Below are positions 1 through 10,499 of a stretch of DNA of 64,000 nucleotides, piece after piece. The translations under genes and the position numbers were made by a program. Location of the stretch: assembly GCA_001800745.1 (NCBI GenBank), contig MGVZ01000029.1:9133-73132 (forward strand), written 5' to 3'. The stretch comes from Euryarchaeota archaeon RBG_16_67_27. Its GTDB lineage: Archaea; Thermoplasmatota; Thermoplasmata; RBG-16-68-12. The first letter of the stretch is position 1. Each line of letters opens with the position of its first letter. A model generated the notes under the pieces. The model was not told where the DNA came from. It made no database searches and saw only the letters and a list, made by a program, of their open reading frames with translations.

Positions 1-227
1 TCTCCGACGACGCGCGCCGCCTTCTTGTACGCGCTTCCTGCGCCCATCCCGAGCTCGTTCATCGCGAACAGGATCCGCCGCTGGACGGGCTTGAGGCCGT
101 CCCGGGCGTCGGGCAGCGCGCGCCCGACGATCACGGACATCGCGTAGTCGATGTACGACCGGTGGAGCTCCTGCTCGATCGCCTGGGGGACGACGCGGCG
201 GTGCGGCTCCTGGGTCTCCTCGGGCAT
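1..227 (-). CDS. gyrA: DNA gyrase subunit A, N-terminal part (truncated by window edge)
   Basis: Manual translation from ATG at 227 gives [56 protein letters not shown]; lies directly downstream of gyrB. Confidence 0.95.
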   Translation of the reverse strand, partial: MPEETQEPHRRVVPQAIEQELHRSYIDYAMSVIVGRALPDARDGLKPVQRRILFAMNELGMGAGSAYKKAARVVG

Positions 228-234
228 CGTCCAC

Positions 235-2145
<1,911 letters not shown>

Positions 2146-2380
2146 CTATTTCGCGACCTTCTCAAGCGCGGATTCCGGGGTCTCTCGCACCCCACCCCGA
2201 GGGATGGTCAGCGTATGCGAAGGTCGCTTATAAACGTTCGGAGGCTGTTATATGGAGAAAAACCGTCCGACGCTTAGGGGCCCGTGCAGGACCTTTTCAT
2301 TTAAATAGGTTCACACGGGCCGTTCTCACGTCTGAGACCGATCGACCCGACCCCTCCGTTTCCCGTCGAGCGACTGGCCG

Positions 2381-3790
2381 TCAGGCGCTCTTCCAGCGCA
2401 CCCCGTCGCGGGTGTCTTCGAGCACGATCCCGAGCTTTGCGAGGCCCTCGCGGATCCCGTCCGCCGTCGCGAAGTCCTTCCGCTTCCGCGCGTCCTCGCG
2501 GAGGCGGACGAGGAGGTCCATCAGGCCCTCCACGACGGCGTCGTCCGCACTCGCGCGGGCGAACAGGCCGAGGACCTCGCCGAACCTCGCGAACGCGGTC
2601 GCGGCCTCGTCGAGCGCGACGCGGCCCGTGCCGACTTCGACCGCCTTGTTGACGCTCCGCGCGTACTCGAAGATTGCCGCGATCGCCTCCCGCGTGTTGA
2701 AGTCGTCCGCCATCGCGGCGTCGAACGCCTCGAGCGCCGTCGCCGTCGCGGCGCGGAGGGCGGCGTCCGCGGATCCCGCGTCGGGCGTCCGGCGGCGCTC
2801 GGCGTCGATCGTCCGGACGGTCTCGCGGAGGCGCGCGTACGAGCGGCCCGCCTCGTCGACGAGCTCGGGGGCGAAGTCAATGGGGGAGCGGTAGTGCGCG
2901 TTCAGGTAGAAGAACCGCAGGACCTCGGGCTCCCAGCGTGCGAGCGCGTCCTTCAGCGCCCAGAAGTTGCCGAGGGACTTGTGCATCTCCTCCCCGCTCA
3001 CCATGAGCATCCCGCCGTGCATCCACACGTTGACGAACGGCTTGACGCCCGTGAACGCCTCCGCCTGCGCGATCTCGGCCTCGTGGTGGGGGAACATGAG
3101 CTCCGTCGCGCCGCCGTGGATGTCGTACCGCGGCCCGAAATGCCGGACCGTGATCGCCGTGTCCTCGATGTGCCACCCGGGCCGGCCCTTGCCCCAGGGG
3201 CTGTCCCACGCCGGCTCGCCGGGCTTCTGCGCCTTCCAGAGCGCGAAGTCCGCGGGGTTGCGCTTGCGCTCATCCACGGCGACGCGCGCCCCCGCGATGT
3301 GCTCCTCGACCTTCTGGCCGCTGAGCTTCCCCCAGTCCGGGTACCGCGTCGTGTCGTAGTACACGCTGCCGTCCTCGGCCGCGTACGCGAACCCTTTCGC
3401 GATGAGCCCCTCGATCTGCTCGAGGATCTCCGGCATGTAGTCCGTCGCGTACGCGTACAGGTTCACGGAGGTGCACGCGAGACGCGTCATCCCGTCGAGG
3501 TACTCGCCGACGAACTCCTTCACGAGGTCCTTCCAGCTCCGGCCGGACTTGTGCATCCGGTCGATGAGGCGGTCCTCGATGTCCGTGACGTTCTGCAGGT
3601 AGAACACGTCGTATCCCTTGCGCCGGAGGTACCGCGCGACGACGTCGAACGCGACGTACGTCTTCGCGTGCCCGATGTGCGTCGCGTCGTACGGCGTGAT
3701 GCCGCAGACGAACATCGAGACGCGGCGGCCGTGGAGGGGAACGAAGTCCTCCTTCCTCCGCGAGAGTGTGTTGTACACCCGGATCGTCAT
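2381..3790 (-). CDS. cysS: Cysteine--tRNA ligase (variant motifs)
   Basis: CGITPYD..HIGH, DFALWK, GRPGWHIE(D)TA, FPHHEAE, C-terminal anticodon-binding region; KMSKS appears as EMHKS. Confidence 0.95.
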   Translation of the reverse strand: MTIRVYNTLSRRKEDFVPLHGRRVSMFVCGITPYDATHIGHAKTYVAFDVVARYLRRKGYDVFYLQNVTDIEDRLIDRMHKSGRSWKDLVKEFVGEYLDGMTRLACTSVNLYAYATDYMPEILEQIEGLIAKGFAYAAEDGSVYYDTTRYPDWGKLSGQKVEEHIAGARVAVDERKRNPADFALWKAQKPGEPAWDSPWGKGRPGWHIEDTAITVRHFGPRYDIHGGATELMFPHHEAEIAQAEAFTGVKPFVNVWMHGGMLMVSGEEMHKSLGNFWALKDALARWEPEVLRFFYLNAHYRSPIDFAPELVDEAGRSYARLRETVRTIDAERRRTPDAGSADAALRAATATALEAFDAAMADDFNTREAIAAIFEYARSVNKAVEVGTGRVALDEAATAFARFGEVLGLFARASADDAVVEGLMDLLVRLREDARKRKDFATADGIREGLAKLGIVLEDTRDGVRWKSA

Positions 3791-3918
3791 CGGCGCGGGC
3801 CGCATGAGGGGGGCCGGTATTAAGGTTCATCGGGTTCGCGCACGACGGTCGGGCCCCGAACGCGCGGTCGTTCGCCCCGGAAGCCTTATGGACGATGCCG
3901 TTCCATGGGAGCCTGTCC

Positions 3919-4644
3919 ATGGCGGGCCCCTTCCCCCACCCGCGGACGGTCTCGCGGACCCGCTCATGGGCCCGGGACCTCCATCGGGCTGCGCTTCTCC
4001 TCGGGATCGGCGGCGCGGTCTACTGGTTCTCGTTCGGCCTCGGTCGCCGGAGCCTGTACCTCCCCGGGCTCGGTACGATGTACGTCGACCTCCTCGCCGC
4101 CTGGATCGCGATTCTCCTCCAGGTCGCCGCGTGGCCGTCGTTGTGGGACGGGCTGCGCGGCCTCCGCGCGCGCCATCCGCGAGACGCGAACCCCCGGATT
4201 GCATGGCGCTCGTTCCTCACGGCGGTCCTCCTCGCCCTCGCGCCACTCGCGGTCCTCCCGCTCCAGTACCACGCGTTCAGCTCGGCGGGCGCCTCAGTCC
4301 TCGTGCTCTACGTGACTGTGTTCCCGTTCGTTCCCTGGACGTTCATCCCTCTCCTCGTCCTCCACGCGATCCTGTTCGGTCGAGTCGCGAACTACCTCGA
4401 GCCTCGCGGGAGGCACGTCGCGGACCTCGGTGCCCTCCTCCTCTTCGCCGTCGCGGCCGTGACGAGCGCGGTGATCATCGAGCATCCAGACCCGAACGCG
4501 TTCATGCGATCGTGGTCCGTCGGCCGAGGCCTCCTGCCCGCCGCCGCGTTCGCTGGGTACGCCCTCATCGCGGTCGGACTCACCCTCCACGTGGTCCCGT
4601 CCGGGGCGAGGGCGCGGGCTCGGGCCGCACACGGCGCGCGCTAG
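3919..4644 (+). CDS. Hypothetical integral membrane protein (about 6 TM helices)
   Basis: Several long hydrophobic segments; fills the gap between cysS and the cystathionine lyase gene. Confidence 0.7.
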   Translation: MAGPFPHPRTVSRTRSWARDLHRAALLLGIGGAVYWFSFGLGRRSLYLPGLGTMYVDLLAAWIAILLQVAAWPSLWDGLRGLRARHPRDANPRIAWRSFLTAVLLALAPLAVLPLQYHAFSSAGASVLVLYVTVFPFVPWTFIPLLVLHAILFGRVANYLEPRGRHVADLGALLLFAVAAVTSAVIIEHPDPNAFMRSWSVGRGLLPAAAFAGYALIAVGLTLHVVPSGARARARAAHGAR

Positions 4645-4645
4645 G

Positions 4646-5770
4646 TCAGGCGAGAATCCTCTCGACGTCCTCCGTCAGGTCGTCGATGTCCTCGAGGCCG
4701 ACGGACATCCGGACCAGGGCCTCCGTGATTCCCTGGCGCGACCGCTGTTCCGGCGGCACGCTCGCGTGGGTCATCGACCACGGGTGCTCAATCAGGCTCT
4801 CGACGCCGCCGAGGCTCTCCGCCAGGAGGACGACCTGGGCGCGTCGCAGGCGCTCGACCGCCCCGCGCGGGTCCTTGAGCTCGAAGCTGAGCATGCCGCC
4901 GAAGCGCCGCATCTGCTTCGCGGCGAGCCGGTGCCCCTCGTCGTCGGGCAGGCCAGGGTAGTGGACCTTCGCGACGGCCGGATGATCGTGGAGGAGCTTC
5001 GCGAGCGCCGCCGCGTTGTCGCACTGCCGTTCGATCCGCACGTCGAGGGTCTTGATCCCGCGAAGGATCAGCCAGGCGTCGAAGGGGCTCGGGACGGCTC
5101 CGATCGCGTTCTGCGCGAACTTGAGCCTATCGAAGAGGTCCGCGCGGTTCAGCACGAGGGCGCCCCCGAGGACGTCCGCGTGGCCGCCGAGGTACTTCGT
5201 CGCGCTGTGCACGACGACGTCGACGCCCCACTTCAGGGGGTTCTGCAGGGCCGGCGAGGCGAACGTGTTGTCGCACACGCTGATCGCCTCGTGCGCTTTC
5301 GCGATCACCGCGAGCTCGCGGAGGTCGAGGACCTTCAGGAGCGGGTTCGTGGGGGACTCGATCCAGACCATGCGGGTGTCGGGTCCCATCACGTCCTCGA
5401 CGTCGACGAGGTCTCGCATGTCGACGAAGGTCGACTCGATCCCGTACGCGCTCAGGATCCGCGTGAAGATCCGGTGCACGCCGCCGTAGCAGTCGTCCGT
5501 GACGACGACGTGGTCCCCTTTCTTGAGGAGGGTGGTGAGGGTCGTGATCGCCCCCATCCCGCTCGAGAACGCGAGGGCGTGCGTCGCGTCCTCCAGGGAC
5601 GCGAGGTTGCGTTCCAGGGCCTCCCGCGTCGGGTTCACCCCGCGGGCGTAGTCGTACGTCTGCTGGTCCTTCTGGGAGTATGTCGAGGTCATGTAGATCG
5701 GCGGGGTTACGGTGCCCGTCGGAGGCATAGGCTCGCTTCCGACGTGGATCGCCTTCGTTGCAAAGCGCAT
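4646..5770 (-). CDS. Cystathionine gamma-lyase/synthase (Cys/Met metabolism PLP enzyme)
   Basis: YARGVNPTR, FSSGMGAI, ESPTNP, DNTF, HSATKYLGGH (PLP lysine), AESLGGVESL. Confidence 0.93.
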   Translation of the reverse strand: MRFATKAIHVGSEPMPPTGTVTPPIYMTSTYSQKDQQTYDYARGVNPTREALERNLASLEDATHALAFSSGMGAITTLTTLLKKGDHVVVTDDCYGGVHRIFTRILSAYGIESTFVDMRDLVDVEDVMGPDTRMVWIESPTNPLLKVLDLRELAVIAKAHEAISVCDNTFASPALQNPLKWGVDVVVHSATKYLGGHADVLGGALVLNRADLFDRLKFAQNAIGAVPSPFDAWLILRGIKTLDVRIERQCDNAAALAKLLHDHPAVAKVHYPGLPDDEGHRLAAKQMRRFGGMLSFELKDPRGAVERLRRAQVVLLAESLGGVESLIEHPWSMTHASVPPEQRSRQGITEALVRMSVGLEDIDDLTEDVERILA

Positions 5771-5835
5771 GGGAATCGCCGGCGCGGGAGTCTCGGCGTG
5801 GGGGTAAAAGGTTTGCCCGTTAGCGTGCCGCGTTC

Positions 5836-5946
5836 TTCTGTCCCAGGTGAGTCAACGCGGCCAAGTGCCTGAACGTTCCCGCGAACCGTCGGATGTTCGA
5901 CCAATCGATTGAGTCTGCGTGGTATGTCCTACCTGGGACAGAAACA
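5836..5946 (+). ncRNA. Candidate structured RNA or miniature inverted-repeat element: 13-bp perfect terminal inverted repeat with nested stems
   Basis: TTCTGTCCCAGGT (5836-5848) is the reverse complement of ACCTGGGACAGAA (5931-5943); inner stems ACGCGG/CTGCGT and GAACGTTC/GGATGTTC contain G-U pairs; ACA follows the outer stem. Confidence 0.45.
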
Positions 5947-5952
5947 TGGTCC

Positions 5953-7323
5953 CTACGCCCGTCCCGCGAGGTATTCGATCACGTCGATCCGCGTGATGAT
6001 CCCTTCGAGGCGGTTCTCCTTCCCCACGACGACGGCGGGCGTCCCCCGGAGGAGGGACTTGATCGCGCTCTCCAGGTCCGCGCCGGGCTCGACGAGCGGG
6101 AACGGCTTCTCCATGACCTTTGCGACGTAGTCGTCGTACATCTTCGGATTATCGAGGAGCGCCTTCATCAGGACCTCCTCCCGCAGGGAGCCGACCATGA
6201 TCCCCGTGTCGATCACGGGGAGCTGGGAGACGTTGTAGTGCCGCATGAGGTCCACGGCCTCCCGGACCTTCGCGGCGATGTCCACGGTGATCACGCCGGA
6301 CACCGCGCGCTCCTTCCCGCGGAGGATCGCCATCAGGGGCGCGACGGGCTCCTCGAGGAAGCCCTGCTCCTTGAGCCACTCCTCGTTGTGGGCTTTGGAG
6401 AGGTACCGGGACCCCGTGTCCGGGAGCAGGACGACGAGGACGTCCTCCGGCGACAGGGTATCCGCGATCCGGAGCGCGGCGACCACGGCCGCCCCGCTCG
6501 AGCTCCCCGCGAGGACCCCCTCCTCCCGCGCGAGGCGGCGCGCCATGAGGAACGCCTCCTTGTCGCTCACCTTTACGACCTCGTCCACGAACTCGAACCA
6601 CATCGTCTCCGGGATGAAGTCCTCCCCGATCCCCTCGATCTTGTACGTGTGGGCTTTCGTTATCTCCTTCCGGTAGAAGTAGTCCTTGAGCACGGAACCC
6701 AGGGGGTCCACCCCGATGACCCGGACCTTTGGGTTCCTCTCCTTGAGGAACTTCCCCGCTCCGCTGATCGTCCCGCCCGTCCCCATGCCGCACACGAAGT
6801 GCGTCACCCGCCCGTCCGTGTCCCGCCAGATCTCCGGGCCCGTCGTCTCGTAGTGCGCCTGCGGGTTCGCCTGGTTCGCGTACTGGTTCGGGAGGACGGA
6901 GTTCGGCGTCTCCCTGTGGATGCGTTCCGCGACCTTGTAGTACGACTCCGGATGGTCCGGCGGGACGGCGGTCGGGGTGACGACGACCCGCGCGCCGAAC
7001 GCCTTGAGCAGGTCGATCTTCTCCCGGCTCATCTTGTCAGGCATCGTGAACACGGTGCGGTACCCCCTGATCGCCCCGACCATCGCGAGGCCCATCCCCG
7101 TGTTCCCGCTCGTCGGCTCGATGACCGTGCCGCCGGGCTTCAGGGACCCCGCGCGCTCCGCGGCCTCGATCATCCGCTGCCCGATGCGGTCTTTCACGCT
7201 CCCGCCCGGGTTGAACATCTCCAGCTTCGCGAGGACAAGCCCCTGCGTGTGCGCCATGATTTTCGGGAGCTTCACGAGGGGGGTGTTCCCGATCGTGTCG
7301 AGGATGCTCTCGAAGTACCGCAC
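5953..7323 (-). CDS. cbs: Cystathionine beta-synthase with C-terminal CBS domain pair
   Basis: IGNTPLV, KLEMFNPGGSVKDR, EPTSGNTG, GMGTGGT, IEGIG, C-terminal CBS repeats; likely GTG start at 7323. Confidence 0.92.
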   Translation of the reverse strand: MRYFESILDTIGNTPLVKLPKIMAHTQGLVLAKLEMFNPGGSVKDRIGQRMIEAAERAGSLKPGGTVIEPTSGNTGMGLAMVGAIRGYRTVFTMPDKMSREKIDLLKAFGARVVVTPTAVPPDHPESYYKVAERIHRETPNSVLPNQYANQANPQAHYETTGPEIWRDTDGRVTHFVCGMGTGGTISGAGKFLKERNPKVRVIGVDPLGSVLKDYFYRKEITKAHTYKIEGIGEDFIPETMWFEFVDEVVKVSDKEAFLMARRLAREEGVLAGSSSGAAVVAALRIADTLSPEDVLVVLLPDTGSRYLSKAHNEEWLKEQGFLEEPVAPLMAILRGKERAVSGVITVDIAAKVREAVDLMRHYNVSQLPVIDTGIMVGSLREEVLMKALLDNPKMYDDYVAKVMEKPFPLVEPGADLESAIKSLLRGTPAVVVGKENRLEGIITRIDVIEYLAGRA

Positions 7324-7448
7324 CGCGGGTCCCCCTCCGTGGCCCCGAAGCATAGGAGGGACGCTATAAGAACGTGCGCGCGGGATCATAGTCGCAGGCG
7401 CGTGCACGGCGACAACTTCTTCGGCCCGCGTTCCGATGCGCCTTCGCG

Positions 7449-7643
7449 ATGTTCCTCACCCGCGACCAGCGGTTCGTCGTCGTGTTCTACCTTACCTGGG
7501 TCCTCCTCATGCCCCTCGCAGCGCTCGCGGCCGCCGTTTCGACCGGGGCATGGGGCGCGGTGCTCTGGGCGGCGATCCTCGGCTGGACGGGCCTCGTGGT
7601 CCTCGTGTGGCTCCGCGGGAGACGGAGACCGCACGTCCTCTAG
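7449..7643 (+). CDS. Small 2-TM membrane protein (64 aa)
   Basis: Two hydrophobic helices and a basic C-terminal tail. Confidence 0.6.
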   Translation: MFLTRDQRFVVVFYLTWVLLMPLAALAAAVSTGAWGAVLWAAILGWTGLVVLVWLRGRRRPHVL

Positions 7644-7664
7644 GAGCACCCGCAGGAGGCGGAA

Positions 7665-7737
7665 TGCCGGGGGAGGGAGTCGAACCCCCTGGAAACCGAT
7701 CTGCAGTCGGTCACATTAGCCGCTCTGTCACCCCGGC
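7665..7737 (-). tRNA. tRNA-Cys(GCA), discriminator base A73
   Basis: GCCGGGG/CCCCGGC acceptor stem, ACCGA-CT-GCA-GA-TCGGT anticodon arm, GGGGG-TTCGACT-CCCTC T arm; CCA not encoded. Confidence 0.95.
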
Positions 7738-7864
7738 TCCGCGGACCCATCCGGGCCTTGGTAATTGAACCTTTTTCCCGCACGCGCGTGAAGCGGGAAT
7801 TGACGCAACGTGCATCGTACAATCTCAAAGAACCTTTTTATGGCGCGGGCCCGCTTGCGCGCGC

Positions 7865-9163
7865 GTGTCGGCCTCGGGAGCAAAGACGATCACGGACACG
7901 GTCCACGGGACCGTGCGTCTCGAGCCCCTCACCCTCGACCTCCTGGAGACCCTCGAGATCCAGCGGCTGAACTCGATCCGGCAGCTCGGCCTCACATACC
8001 TCGTGTTCCCGGGCGCGAACCACAGCCGCGTCGAGCACTGCCTCGGCGTCGGGCACGTCGCCTCGGAGATGGCCCGCGTCCTTGGCCTCCCGGAGGAAGA
8101 GCGGAAGCTCGTCCAGGCAGCGGGGCTCCTCCACGACGTCGGGCACGGCCCGTTCTCCCACACCCTTGAGCACGTCCTGAGCCGCGAGCTCGCGGTCGAC
8201 CACATGGATCTGACCCAGCGGATCATCACGGGCAAGGACGACAACGTCGTGCCGGACGAGCGGAAGGGGTTCCCGGACGTCCCGCGGATCCACGAGGTCC
8301 TCGCGCGGCACGCCGTCAAGCCGGATGCAGTCGCCGCGCTTATCCGCGGTCCCGCAGACGCGGCTCCGGACCTCTTCGCTTCGCGGCCGCGGGGGGCGGG
8401 GAAGCAGTACCTCGCAGAGATCATCCACAGTCCGATGGACGCGGACCAGATCGACTACCTCATGCGGGACGCGCACTACACCGGCGCCGCGCACGGGATG
8501 ATCGACGTCGCGCGGATCCTGCAGACCCTCCGCGTGCACCGCGGCTCCCTCGCCCTTGACCGGAAGGGCCTCCCGGCCCTCGAGGGGATGCTCGTCGCCC
8601 GCGGCCTCATGTATTCGAGCGTGTACTTCCACAAGACCGTGCGGATCGCGGAGGAGATGGTCGCCCGCGCCGTCGAGCGCTCCGACGCGCCGATCGCCGC
8701 GATCCAGAAGATGGTCGACGCCGAGCTCCTCTCGTGGCTCGCGGACCAGGGCGCCTTCCAGAGAGAGATCGCGCTCCGCGTGAAGTTCCGGAAGCTGTAC
8801 AAGCGCGCGGTCTCGTTCGACTGGGACGGCCTCACGGAGCCCATGCGCGACACGTTTGCCGCGTTCAAAGATGCGGCCCACCGGCGTCGCGTGGAAGACC
8901 GGATCGCGCGGCGCGCGGGGCTCGAGCCCGGCCAGGTCATCGTCGACGTGCCCCTCCCGGAGCTCCTCGTGAGCGAGCCCCGGATCGCGAAGACCGAGGT
9001 CGCGATCCTCGAGGATGGCAAGGCCCGCCCGTTCTCCAAGGTCTCCACGCTCGGCCGCGCCCTCCAGACCCGGCAGGTCGTCGACTGGGTCCTCATGGTC
9101 GCGTGCCCTCCCGAGGCCGTGGCGCGTGTACGGAAGGCGGCCGCGCCGGCGCTCGGTCGCTGA
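7865..9163 (+). CDS. HD-domain phosphohydrolase (SAMHD1/YdhJ-like dNTPase family)
   Basis: QRLNSIRQLG, HSRVEHCLGV, LLHDVGHGPFSH, DADQIDYLMRD, VYFHKT. Confidence 0.9.
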   Translation: MSASGAKTITDTVHGTVRLEPLTLDLLETLEIQRLNSIRQLGLTYLVFPGANHSRVEHCLGVGHVASEMARVLGLPEEERKLVQAAGLLHDVGHGPFSHTLEHVLSRELAVDHMDLTQRIITGKDDNVVPDERKGFPDVPRIHEVLARHAVKPDAVAALIRGPADAAPDLFASRPRGAGKQYLAEIIHSPMDADQIDYLMRDAHYTGAAHGMIDVARILQTLRVHRGSLALDRKGLPALEGMLVARGLMYSSVYFHKTVRIAEEMVARAVERSDAPIAAIQKMVDAELLSWLADQGAFQREIALRVKFRKLYKRAVSFDWDGLTEPMRDTFAAFKDAAHRRRVEDRIARRAGLEPGQVIVDVPLPELLVSEPRIAKTEVAILEDGKARPFSKVSTLGRALQTRQVVDWVLMVACPPEAVARVRKAAAPALGR

Positions 9164-9284
9164 CGCGCGGGCGCCCCGCCTTTGTCAAATCGGCGGACGT
9201 TCGTCAGACACTTTTAAATAGCGTGCGCCGGATACGAGGCTCCACTTTGCGGGATGGGATGACCGCCGCGATGTTGGTGACGCG

Positions 9285-10379
9285 ATGAACTCGATGCTAG
9301 AGGACGTGCTCGCGAGGGAGGGGAGCGCCCCTGCCTTTGAGGACACTCGGGTCGACTCGGAACTCGAAGAGATGCTCAGCAAGATGCGGACGAACATCAA
9401 GATCGTCGGCATCGGCGGCGGCGGGTGCAACACGATCGCGCGAATCTTCAACGAGGGAATCGTCGGGGCCGACCTCTACGCGGCGAACACGGACGCCCAG
9501 CATCTCCTCCACATCACCTCCCCGAAGAAGGTCCTCCTCGGGCGGCGGATCACGAAAGGCCTCGGCGCCGGGGCGCTGCCCCAGATCGGCGAGGAGGCCG
9601 CGCGGGAGGCCGAGGAGGAGCTCCGCCAGCTCCTCCATGGCTCCGACATCGTCTTCGTCACCTGCGGCCTCGGTGGCGGGACGGGGACGGGCGGGAGCGG
9701 CTACGTCGCGCGCCTGGCGAAGGAGATGGGCGCCCTCACGATCGCCGTCGTCACCCTGCCGTTCCGCGGCGAGGGGAAGCTCCGCATGGAGAGCGCGGAG
9801 TGGGGCCTCGAGCGTCTCCGGGACGCGGCGGACACCGTGATCACGATCCCGAACGACAAGCTCCTCGACCTCGTGCCGCGGATGTCCCTGAACCTCGCGT
9901 TCAAGTTCGCGGACGAGGTCCTCATGCGCTCGATCAAGGGCCTCACCGAGATTATCACGAAGCCCGGCCTCGTGAACCTCGACTTCAACGACGTGAAGAC
10001 GATCATGAAGGGCGGCGGCGTCGCGATGATCGGACTCGGAGAGAGCCAGGCGATGGGCGAGAACCGCGCCGTCGAGGCAATCGAGGAGGCGATCAACTCC
10101 CCGCTCCTCGAGGTCGACGTGTCCTCGGCCCACGGCGTCCTCATCAACGTGACGGGCGGGAACGACATGACGATCTCCGAGGCGGAGCGCGTCGCCGAGG
10201 TCGTCCAGGAGAAGGTCTCCCCGACCGCGCGGATCATCTGGGGCGCGACCGTGGACCCGACCCTCGAGCACACGCTCCGCGTGATGCTCGTTGCGACGGG
10301 CGTCCGCTCGAAGCAGATCGTCGGCCGGCGGGACCCCGCGGAGGAGCGCGCCCGCGTCGGCGTGGACGTCATCCGCTGA
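9285..10379 (+). CDS. ftsZ: Cell division protein FtsZ (copy 1)
   Basis: [30 protein letters not shown]. Confidence 0.97.
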   Translation: MNSMLEDVLAREGSAPAFEDTRVDSELEEMLSKMRTNIKIVGIGGGGCNTIARIFNEGIVGADLYAANTDAQHLLHITSPKKVLLGRRITKGLGAGALPQIGEEAAREAEEELRQLLHGSDIVFVTCGLGGGTGTGGSGYVARLAKEMGALTIAVVTLPFRGEGKLRMESAEWGLERLRDAADTVITIPNDKLLDLVPRMSLNLAFKFADEVLMRSIKGLTEIITKPGLVNLDFNDVKTIMKGGGVAMIGLGESQAMGENRAVEAIEEAINSPLLEVDVSSAHGVLINVTGGNDMTISEAERVAEVVQEKVSPTARIIWGATVDPTLEHTLRVMLVATGVRSKQIVGRRDPAEERARVGVDVIR

Positions 10380-10419
10380 GGCCGGGGCGGGGAAACCCGT
10401 GACGCACGCCGTGCGTCCG

Positions 10420-10432
10420 GAAACCTTTATCT
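10420..10432 (+). promoter_or_regulatory. BRE/TATA-like promoter for ftsZ copy 2
   Basis: GAAACCTTTATCT; the same motif recurs upstream of rpl11 (14272), and variants occur upstream of tRNA-Thr (21424), the 5S gene, mscS and cysS. Confidence 0.6.
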
Positions 10433-10499
10433 ACGCCCCTCCTTTACGTCGCACCCACGGCTGTTCCGACCCCGCAGTTCGGCAGCCGGAGGCCGGACC

